From Octopus vulgaris (Eukaryota): a stretch of DNA of 64,000 nt. Positions 54,680 through 64,000 of the stretch are shown here, in pieces. A program made the position numbers and the translations under genes. Under the pieces are notes generated by a model. That model saw only the letters and a program-made list of their open reading frames with translations. It was not told the DNA's origin and did not search any database. Each line of letters opens with the position of its first letter. The first letter of the stretch is position 1. The stretch covers positions 189,348,001 through 189,412,000 of the forward strand of contig OX597815.1 in the NCBI GenBank assembly GCA_951406725.2, given 5' to 3'.

Positions 54680-54836
54680 ACACAACGGGCTTCTTTCAGT
54701 TTCTGTCTACCAAATCTACTCACAAGGCTTTGGTTGGTCTGAAGCTATAGTAGAAGACACTTGCCCAAGGTGCCACGCAGTGGGACTGAACCTGGAACCA
54801 TATGGTTGTTAAGCAAGCTACTTACCACACAGTCAC
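54407..54836 (-). mobile_element. SINE family A (preceded by an old + strand head at 54255-54390)
   Basis: Full-length match. Confidence 0.85.
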
Positions 54837-55709
54837 TTTGGCAAGAGATAGCAGAGTTGTACTAAAGTACCTTGTTTTATTGGGGTCTGTCCTTGTAATA
54901 TACCTTTATGCCCTTTTCTCTTTCTTATGAGGTCAATAAAAATATTGAGATCAATACAAACTGATTGACTTTAATGCAACAACTGGAACCACTGAATGAA
55001 TAAAAGAATATGTTAGCAACTACAGATTTTAAATTAAATATTTTCAAGTCATTATATCTGATAGATATATCTAATTAGATATCTTTGAGTCAATATATCC
55101 TAATTTTTACATCAATCTATAATCTCTTAAGTCTTGCAACAAAATGCCATTAACATGAATAAGTTCAAACCAGTAAATTAGAATTGACAATAATTATGTG
55201 GTTACTCAGCAAATATGAATATATTCCCCATGCATATATAGCTCTATTGCTTGTAGAAATCAGTGTTCAGCTGTGTAACGAGTTTATAATTAAATTTTAA
55301 TAACAGACCTATATAGTAATCATAAAGTGTATTAAGATTCTTCAAAGCCTTTAGAACGCTGGTATAGCACATCATCATCATCATCATAATCATCATCATC
55401 ATCATTGCTTTACCATTCGATTTTCCATGCTCGCTTGGGTCATATGAAGTTCATTGAGGTAGATTTGTCAATGACTTTCCTCCTGTCATCAACTTTTACA
55501 TGCTTCCAAGCAAGGTAAGGTTTCACCAAGGCCTCACATTTTCACAGAAGATCGGAAACAATTTATGTTGCTGGCATTAAGGTGATACTTGTTTAAAATC
55601 ATTGCATGGTTTCAAAACATGGAGATACAGACATTTATCTGAATACACATACACAAATACATACACACACACTTATGCATGTGTATACACACATATAGAT
55701 ATAAAATAA

Positions 55710-55958
55710 GTATTCCTTCTTGAGCCATGCCAGGCTCATAAGGGCTGGTTTCCTGGTTTCAGTGGCGTAGAAATTCCCCACCTGGACAGGATGCTGGTCC
55801 ATCGCAGAATTACTCATTTTTGCCATCTGAGTGGACTGGAGAAACGTGAAATAAAGTGTTTTGCTCAAGAACACAACGCATCACCCGGTCAAGGAATCGG
55901 AACCACAACCTAACAATCATGAGTTCAATACCCTAACCACTAAGCCATGCACCTCCAC
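55710..55958 (-). mobile_element. tRNA-Arg-like-headed SINE, short subfamily
   Basis: rc head GTGGAGGTGCATGGCTTAGTGGTTAGGG; tail shared with 29073 copy. Confidence 0.75.
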
Positions 55959-56024
55959 TATACACACATATACATAAATACATTTACAATAGGCTTCTTT
56001 TAATTTCTATCAATCAAATCTACT

Positions 56025-56570
56025 GATGCTGGTCTCACATAAAAAGCACTGGTGTTGGTGCCTCACAAAAAGCACTAGTGCTGGTGCCACATAATCACAG
56101 GAGATGGTATAGTGTAAAAAACACTTGTGCAGGTGCCATGTAAAAAGCACTGGTGCTGGCACCACTTAAAAAGCACTCAATACTCACTGTAAAGTGACTG
56201 ACATTAGAACCATCCCAAAACAGCCAATGGAATCTTATTTCTTTATTGCCCACAAGGGGCTAAACATAGAGGGGACAAACAAGGACAGACAATGGGATTA
56301 AGTCGATTACATCGACCCCAGTGCGTAACTGGTACTTAATTATTGACACCGAAAGGATGAAAGGCAAAGTCGACCTCAGCAGAATTTAAACTCAGAACGT
56401 AACAGCAGACGAAATACCGCTAAGCATTTCGCCCGGCGTGCTAACATTTCTGCCAGTTCGCCAATGGAATCTGGTGTGGCTCCTGACCATGCCAGCTCCT
56501 GTCAAACCATCCAACCCATGCCAGCATAGAAAACAGACGTTAACTGATGATGATGATGATGATGATGATG
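56025..56570 (+). mobile_element. Divergent family R relative with ~25-bp units, interrupted by SINE M (56236-56462, - strand)
   Basis: GGTGCTGGTGCCAYRTAAAAAGCAC repeats; GCCAATGGAATCT duplicated around the SINE M; CCAACCCATGCCAGCAT..(GAT)n tail. Confidence 0.7.
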
Positions 56571-57084
56571 AAATTCACTCAACAGGCTTTGGTCGATCTG
56601 GGTTTTTAGTAGAAGATACTTGCCTAAGGTGCCACGCAGTGGGATTAAACATCAAAACTGTGAGACTCAGAAGCAAACTTTATAACTACTCGGCTATGTT
56701 TGTGTCTCTCAGATTTATGTAAATCCATTTATTGAAATTAGGTGTTCATGCAAGCATTGTATACATGATACTTGATACTACAAATGATAGTCAGAGGGCA
56801 CTGTTTTCTGGTAAGTCAACTGAGACAAGTAGAATATTATGTGTATTGAGCAATCACTGAAATAGCTCTAATATACTTTGTTCTATAATTTCATTTATGT
56901 ATTTGGTTTGTAAGATTTTTTATGTGAATTCATATTAGTGCCATATCCCTGCAAAGACCCAACAAGATTTGATCTTTAAATTTTTGCTTTAACATCACTG
57001 ACCATTGTATTGGTCAGGTGTAAAAGCCAGGTATTTTCTGAGAAGAGGAGATGGGATTTATGAAGGTCATTTATTTTCTAAGGG

Positions 57085-57469
57085 TGGAGGCGCATTGGCC
57101 TAGTGGTTAGGGCAGCGGACTCGCGGTCGTAGGATCGCGGTTTCGATTCCCAGACCGGGCGTTGTGAGTGTTTATTGAGTGAAAACACCTATAGCTCCAT
57201 GAGGCTCCAGCAGGGATGGTGGTGATCCCTGCTGTACTCTTTCACCACAACTTTCTCTCACTCTTACTTTCTGTTTCTGTTGTACCTGTATTTCAAAGGG
57301 CCAGCCTTGTCACTCTCTGTGTCACGCTGAATATCCCCAAGAACTACGTTAAGGGTACATGTGTCTGTGGAGTGCTCAGCCACTTACATGTTAATTTCAC
57401 GAGCAGGCTGTACCGTTGATCGGATCAACCGGAACCCTCGTCGTCGTAACCGACGGAGTGCTTCCATCC
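57085..57469 (+). mobile_element. tRNA-Arg-like-headed SINE, young full-length copy
   Basis: Highly similar to 53303 copy; 12-bp TSD ATTTTCTAAGGG. Confidence 0.9.
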
Positions 57470-57529
57470 ATTTTCTAAGGGCTTCAACATCTAATGAAGC
57501 TTAATTGCTTCAATTGATTCCTAAAATTT

Positions 57530-57748
57530 ACGAGGGTGTGCTGAAAAGTCCCTGGCTTTAAGGGTTTCTTGAAAGTCCTGGCTGGAGACCCAACCTTTCA
57601 AGCTTTTACAGAGCTTAGAAAAACTGAAGGATCACTGGAATGAGTGTGTGGATCCAAGAGGGGAATATGTTGAATAAACTCATAATTAACTGATCCTTCA
57701 GCATTTTCTTTTACCCAAAGCCAGGAACTTTTCAGCACTTCCTCATAT
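57530..57748 (+). mobile_element. Mariner-derived MITE
   Basis: TIRs TACGAGGGTGTGCTGAAAAGTCCCTGGCTTT / AAAGCCAGGAACTTTTCAGCACTTCCTCATA; remnant of transposase end KLKDHWNECVDPR.EYVE*. Confidence 0.8.
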
Positions 57749-58710
57749 AAGACTAGTGTTAGAAATAAATTGATTTGCTTCAACTCAATCATTACCAGTA
57801 ACTAATTGTTTTTATCTTCTCATCTGCAGGTGTAGGAAGCTGAGCTAATAGAAATTAAATTTAAGGGACATAGAACTTTTGAGTTCACCTCATGGTCCCT
57901 GTGGACAAAATGGAAAAAGCATAGCCCTGAAGGACAGCAAGGGTGATGTGCTGGAACAGCCACTCCAACTCATGGGGCTTGCACTTGCAGATAGCCATTT
58001 CTGCCTGATAGAACTGAGCAGGGATGTAACCCGAGGGGAACCAAGAACGCCAGAGGTCAGGTCCCCACTGCCACAAGCCCCACCGTAAATCTGTTATAGA
58101 GCAGCTGCACATATCACTAGATTATCATTTGCACTATAACGTTCGCATGAATCCTTAATCAACATAGCAAGTGTGAAAACGAATCAGAATAATTTCTATT
58201 TTCAAATCTACCATATGTTGCTGACAATCATCGTCTTAATCTTGACAAATCAAAATACAAGAGTGATTTCATATTATCGTCATGTCTCTGTGTTCTTATG
58301 TAGTCATTAATTTATTATTACTTCTCAATTTATTATGAATCTAAGATAAATGATTATCTTATACATAGTGAAATGATGTGAATGTTAACATACACGAACA
58401 GATTGTGTTGCAGCTATCTTCTGCAATTGACAAGATTGTATCTTTACAAGATGGTATCTAAGTATATTATATATTTAATAATAGGTCACTGTTTTACAAT
58501 ATGGCTTTCATGACAGATGCATCATACTGTGAGGAAATTGTACTCTTACTTTTATGGAGATTGATTACTTTTACTTGAAGAAGATATAAACCTTCTACAA
58601 ATATTTTTGTGGTTGGTCTTAGACATAATCCACATATATATACGTACATACCACACACACACACACACAAATACACATACACATACACCCCACCCCCCAT
58701 ATATATATAT

Positions 58711-59115
58711 CTTTTTCCTTCTTTTCTTTTACTTGTTTCAGTCATTTGACTGCGGCCATGCTGGAGCACCGCCTTTAGTCGAGCATATCGACCCCGGGAC
58801 TTATTCTTTGTAAGCCCAGTACTTATTCTATCGGTCTCTTTTTGACGAACCGCTAAGTTACTGGGACGTAAACACACCAGCATACACACATGCTAGGGGG
58901 ACAAACACAGACACACAAACATACACACATACATATATATATACATATATACGACAGGCTTCTTTCAATTTCCATCTACCAAATCCGCTCACAAGGCATT
59001 GGTCGGCCTGAGGCTATAGTAGAAGACACTTGCCCAAGATGCCACACAGTGGGACTGAACCCGGAACCATGTGGTTGGTTAGCAAGCTACTTACCACACA
59101 GCCACTCCAGTGCCT
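58711..59115 (-). mobile_element. SINE family A
   Basis: Full-length match. Confidence 0.88.
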
Positions 59116-59126
59116 ATATATATATA

Positions 59127-59418
59127 TATAAACAACTTATAAATAAGGGCAAACGAAAAAAATTTCTTCCATGGGTATAAGTAAGTATCTCATTTATTTC
59201 TTTGCCACATTTATCACTGACAAAGGGAGGGTTCTTACGAACTAACCCTGAAATCGGTACGATATGGTAATAATGGAATTTTTTAGTGATTTCTGCTGAC
59301 CTTTTTTTGGAGTAGCGTGCGTATTGTGAAAAATTATATGGGTATGACAGGGTGTCTAATTTCGGCATATTTGGTATTAGAAATTTTTTCGCTTGCCCTT
59401 ATTTATAAGTTGTTTATA
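59127..59418. mobile_element. PLE-type terminal fragment with ~40-bp inverted ends and decayed hammerhead
   Basis: Arms 59127-59167 / 59379-59418; TATCA-CTGACAA-AGGG...CCCT-GAAA-TCGGTA-CGATA at 59212-59264. Confidence 0.6.
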
Positions 59419-59461
59419 AATTTAACCTTTAAAGGTACTTTTTAATATGCTGGCCATTGAT

Positions 59462-59501
<40 letters not shown>

Positions 59502-59553
59502 GAAAAAATAAATCAAAATAGAAAATGCTAAAATAATTTTATAAAGAACATTT

Positions 59554-59591
59554 CAGTACCGGTTTCAGTCATTTTGAGACCTTTTCAACTG
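59554..59591 (-). ncRNA. Variant hammerhead ribozyme (U3-A8 core), left-arm copy
   Basis: rc identical to 59859-59896. Confidence 0.6.
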
Positions 59592-59858
59592 TAACGATTG
59601 AATAATTAAATTTAGAAAAGTTAAAAGAAATGTTTTTTTAAAGGAATATTTGTATAGTGTTCAAATATAAGTGGCATTTTCCTTGTTTCTGCCTTTCTCT
59701 GTCTCTCTTGTTCACACTTGTGGGTTCGAGAAGTGTGAACAAGAGAGACAGAGCAAGGCAGAAACAAGGAAAATGCCACTTATATTTGAACACTATATAA
59801 ATATTCCTTTAAAAAAACATTTCTTTCAATTTTTCTAAATTTAATTATTTAATCATTA

Positions 59859-59896
59859 CAGTTGAAAAGGTCTCAAAATGACTGAAACCGGTACTG
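59859..59896 (+). ncRNA. Variant hammerhead ribozyme (U3-A8 core), right-arm copy
   Basis: CAG-TTGAAAA-GGTC-tcaaaat-GACT-GAAA-CCGG-TA-CTG: stem I CAG/CTG, stem II GGTC/GACT, palindromic ACCGGT stem III, GUA site. Confidence 0.6.
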
Positions 59897-59938
59897 AAAT
59901 GCATTTTCTATTTTGACTTATTTTTTCATATATATCAA

Positions 59939-60222
59939 CTCGTGTGTTTCTTTTCATCCTTATGCGGGATGCTGTATGTAGGTCAGACGGGACGCCGGTT
60001 GTCCGACCGTTTCACTGAACACTTGAGGGACGTTCGCCTACACTCTTTTTCTCCCGTCGCACGCCACTTCCGCTCGGCCGGCCATTCCCGAGATGACATC
60101 TCAGTGTTTGGTCTCGCCCCCACAATGGTCGCCCACTTTCCAGGCTCCACTTGGAGCAACGCTACATCTTCACCCTACAAACTACCACCCCACACGGACT
60201 TAACACAGCCCCCTCCTCTTGA
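59939..60222 (+). pseudogene. PLE GIY-YIG endonuclease fragment (Neptune-like), frameshifted
   Basis: LCGMLYVGQTGRRLSDRFTEHLRD...PVARHFRSAGHSRDDISVFGL, then after a 1-nt shift in the C-run ~60120 HNGRPLSRLHLEQRYIFTLQTTTPHGLN...*. Confidence 0.85.
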
Positions 60223-60226
60223 GACC

Positions 60227-60258
<32 letters not shown>

Positions 60259-60259
60259 C

Positions 60260-62960
60260 CGGACACACCACCCACACACACCCACCCACCTACCTCCCAC
60301 CCACCTACCTCCCACCCACCTACCTACCTCCCACACGCCTGTTCACACACACACATACGTAGACCCATCTACGTACATACATTCACACATTTAATCACAC
60401 ACACTTACAGACACACATGCACATACACACACACATACATACACACACGCATACATACTTACACACACACACACACACAGACATACATACACACATACAC
60501 ACACACATACATACGCACATACATACACACACACTCACACACACACACCGCACGTACATACCTCACACACACACACATGCACACATACATGTAGGCACAT
60601 ACATACCTACATACCCACACATGCACACCCGTGCACTGAATGCACACACACATACACCTTTTTGCATCCAGGCAGCCCCCCCCCCCTCTTTTCTGCTTTC
60701 CGGTTTTGGCTGATGGATCCTCGGTTCCCGCGTAGCGGGGCGTTCGAGGGCCTTTGCGCTCGCGCGCCTTGGCGCGCGCTGGGGGCTCGGTCGGCCCCTT
60801 TGGGCTTGCGTTGCACTGCTTGTGCGTTGTGTGCGTGAGCGCGCTTCGTGTGTGTGGGCTTGCTTCGGATGTGCGCTTGCGTATGTTTGCATACATACCC
60901 ACACACTCGCATGCATCCCTACCCACATACATACACGCACACCTACTCACACACACACATACACACACACACATACCCGCACACACACACACATACATAC
61001 ATACACACACATACCCACTTCAGACATACACACACACAGACATACACCCATACACCCACACTCACACGCATACACACACACACATACACACGCACACGTA
61101 CACATACACACACACACACACCCACATACATACATTACACTTGTATACGCACACACTTACATTCATACACACACACACCTACACAGCCATACCCTCACTC
61201 AGACACACACATCTACCTACACACACACAAACACACACTGACACACACCCATATATAGATACATCTACACACTCACGCCTACACACATACATACACACAT
61301 ACATAAACACACACACATACACATACACACACATACGCACACACGCATATACTCATACACATGCACACACACACACATACATACATACACCCATATACAT
61401 ACACACACACATACCTACATACTCCTATACTCACATACATACACACAGACATACACACATACACACTCACACAAACATACACACACACATACTTACACAC
61501 ACACTCACCTTCACGCGCACACACATGCATGACAAACACTCATACACTCACACTCACATACGCACACACCAACATAAACACGCACACGCACACACACACC
61601 TACACTCCCACACACATACACACGCACCTACATACACACACGCACGCATACACACGCATACACACATACATTACACACGTACACACACACCTACATACAC
61701 ATGCACACACACACACACACAAACATGCACGGACACACCCAGACATACATACATACACCTATATACACACGCCTACACACCTACATACACACACATATAC
61801 ACACGCCCACACAGCTACATACACACACATACATACACACATACACGGACACACCCATACATACTTACATACATACACCTATACACACACGCCTACACAC
61901 CTACACACACACATGCACACACACACACATGTACGCACATACACACACATATACGCACACACATATATACCCACACACACACACATACGCACATACATGC
62001 ACGCATGCACACGCGCACACCTACACGCATACACACACACACACGCACGTACACATACATACATACACACACGCATACATACACCCATACACATACATGC
62101 ATCCTACACACACATACATACACACTCACACATACATACACACACACGCACTCACTCACACACCTGTATGTTCGCGCACACACATGCACATACACACACT
62201 TCCCCACACCCACACGTACATACATACACACTCATACACACATACACACACACACACACACACGGACATACATCTATGCACACACATATATACACACATA
62301 CTCACATACATTCATCGGACACACTGCCACCCAGACATACACACAGACACACTCACACATCCACACGCACACATACGTACGCGCACACTCGCAGGCTCGC
62401 GCACACACGCGTTTGCGCCGGTTCGCGCACGCATGCGCCCGCATGCACCTCGCCCTTGGATCCGACGAGACCTCCCGCCCGTTCCTGGGATGTCGCGTGT
62501 CGTTGGGTTTTCCCACGCCCGTCTCCGCGGGACCACTCCTCCATCTTCCCCTCCGCTGTAGTCCTTTTCCAAACCCCCCCCCTTTTTTTTCGTTACACAC
62601 ACGCGCACACATATACACACATTGCTTAAACATATACCTCACTCTTACACACATTCAATCTACTCGCCACTAATACTACCACGACACTGGACACACACAC
62701 ACACTACCACTCAACACACGCTGGCACGCTACATACGCCCCCACCCCTTCCCCTCCCTCCCTTCCTCCTTCCTCCCTTTTCTCACTACTGACCTTTGTCT
62801 GCTATGCTGCTGCTATGCTGACCACCGTCTCGCCCTACCTCACACGCCTACACACAGACGCACACACTAACACATACATATATTTTTTGTTTTTTTACCT
62901 CGCCTCACACACACACATACACACACGCACACGCACACACTCACACATACACACACATCT
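60260..62960. repeat. Long degenerate (CA)-rich tract with two GC/CpG-rich islands (60665-60890, 62380-62580)
   Basis: Visible composition. Confidence 0.9.
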
Positions 62961-63128
62961 GTTGCGTTACCAACCTTGTCTCCACTCTTTTGCCTTTAAA
63001 AACCCACTTTGCTCTTGTTATCGTAAACATCCGCCTTTCACCATGTGCTTCTGCTAACACCAGCCGTTTTTTTCTCTATCTCCGTTGCCCGCTCCGGGAT
63101 CTTTCTTTCCTCTCTCTTCCTTCTTTAT

Positions 63129-63163
63129 GTTTCCGACGAAGAGCTCCGCTCGAAACGTCATAC
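63129..63163 (+). ncRNA. Hammerhead motif, CCGACGA (U4C) core variant
   Basis: GTTT-CCGACGA-A-GAGC-tcc-GCTC-GAAA-CGTC-ATAC; sister copy at 32.9 kb has canonical CTGACGA. Confidence 0.55.
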
Positions 63164-63246
63164 CTTCCTGCTTCCATTTCCTGAGCGCCTATTAATAATA
63201 ATATAATTGTTCCCTTGTTGTTGTTTTTTTGTTTCCCGTTTGGATT

Positions 63247-63290
<44 letters not shown>

Positions 63291-63482
63291 TTATATATAT
63301 ATATATTTAGGTTTATAGTGAAAGATATTATAGTGTATAGTGGTTATATTCTCTATTAATGACTGTTCTCTTTATCTAATAAAGCTAAAATATAGTCGCA
63401 TAAAAATATATATTATTTGTTATTTATGTTTTGGTTTATGTCTATCACTGTTTGAGTTGCATAATAGTGGTTTTATCTCTAA

Positions 63483-63532
<50 letters not shown>

Positions 63533-63535
<3 letters not shown>

Positions 63536-63924
63536 TGCAGGAGTGGCTGTGTGGTAAGTCACTTGCTTACCAACCACATGGTTCTGGGTTCTGGGTTCAC
63601 TGTGTGGCATCTTGCGCAAGTGTCTTCTACAATAGCCTCGGGCCGACCAAAGCCTTGTAAGTGGATTTGGTAGACGGAAACTGAAAGAAGCCCGTCGTAT
63701 ATATGTATATATATGTATGTGTGTGTGCATGTTTGTGTGTCTGTGTTTGTCCCCCTAGCATTGCTTGACAACCGATGCTGGTGTGTTTACGTCGCCATCA
63801 CTTAGCAGTTTGGCAAAAGAATAAGTACTGGGCTTACAAAGAATAAGTCCTGGGGTCGATTTGTTCGAGTAAAGGTGGTGCTCCAGCATGGCTGCAGGAC
63901 TGAAACAAGTAAAAGAGTAAAAGA
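63533..63924 (+). mobile_element. SINE family A
   Basis: Full-length match. Confidence 0.88.
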
Positions 63925-64000
63925 TATATATATATATATATATGTCTAGAAACTGAGGTTGCAGGTAAGCAAGGGCATGTCCCTTGTAGAAAATTCAGCT

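Larger units (their letters stand above)
59497..59935. mobile_element. ~440-bp near-perfect palindrome (inverted PLE-type termini) with two hammerhead motifs
   Basis: Arms mirror around ~59725 (…GTTCACACTT gtgggttcgag AAGTGTGAAC…). Confidence 0.8.
59936..63252 (+). mobile_element. 5'-truncated Penelope-like element: GIY-YIG domain, ~2.8-kb CA-rich 3' region, hammerhead terminal repeat
   Basis: GIY-YIG remnant at start; 3' end homologous to 32776-32983; HHR motif at 63129-63163; ends in (TA)n. Continuity across the CA tract is inferred. Confidence 0.65.

Noticed and set aside
57805-58090. Good splice-acceptor-like site (TTCTCATCTGCAG at 57829) and downstream 69-aa ORF
   Set aside because: Stops occur within a few codons in all three frames after the AG; no homology recognisable by eye.
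60754-62673. 639-aa His/Thr-rich ORF (and overlapping 422/286-aa ORFs)
   Set aside because: Translation of a CA-rich tract that lacks stop codons in several frames; no domain signature.

Overview
This window is AT-rich, repeat-dense eukaryotic (metazoan) DNA. The SINE, LINE and microsatellite content strongly resembles a coleoid cephalopod such as Octopus, but that is an inference. No intact host protein-coding exon could be supported, and nearly all listed ORFs are microsatellite or SINE artefacts. Identifiable content: (i) four high-copy SINE-like families (~45 copies), namely a tRNA-headed CORE-like family 'A', a Meta-domain-like family 'M', a tRNA-Arg-headed family 'OR', and a (GAT)n-tailed family 'R' built from tandem ~25-67-nt structural units; (ii) non-LTR retrotransposons, namely a 5'-truncated R4/Dong-type RT+RLE element and related fragments in (TAA)n tracts, two CR1 3' ends, and several Penelope-like element (PLE) fragments (two GIY-YIG remnants) with hammerhead-ribozyme (HHR) motifs of about six distinct sequence families; (iii) DNA transposon relics (mariner pseudogene and MITE, hAT and piggyBac-type MITEs, a possible Helitron, a foldback element) and a decayed Gypsy integrase fragment. 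Three observations stand out. A PLE 3' region carries a tRNA-like Pol III head, a microsatellite and an HHR, and apparently gives rise to short SINE-like copies. Family R contains tandem arrays of a predicted compact H-type pseudoknot. A ~440-bp palindrome carries two identical U3-A8 variant HHRs. Coordinates of degenerate repeats are approximate, and RNA structures were derived by eye rather than computed.
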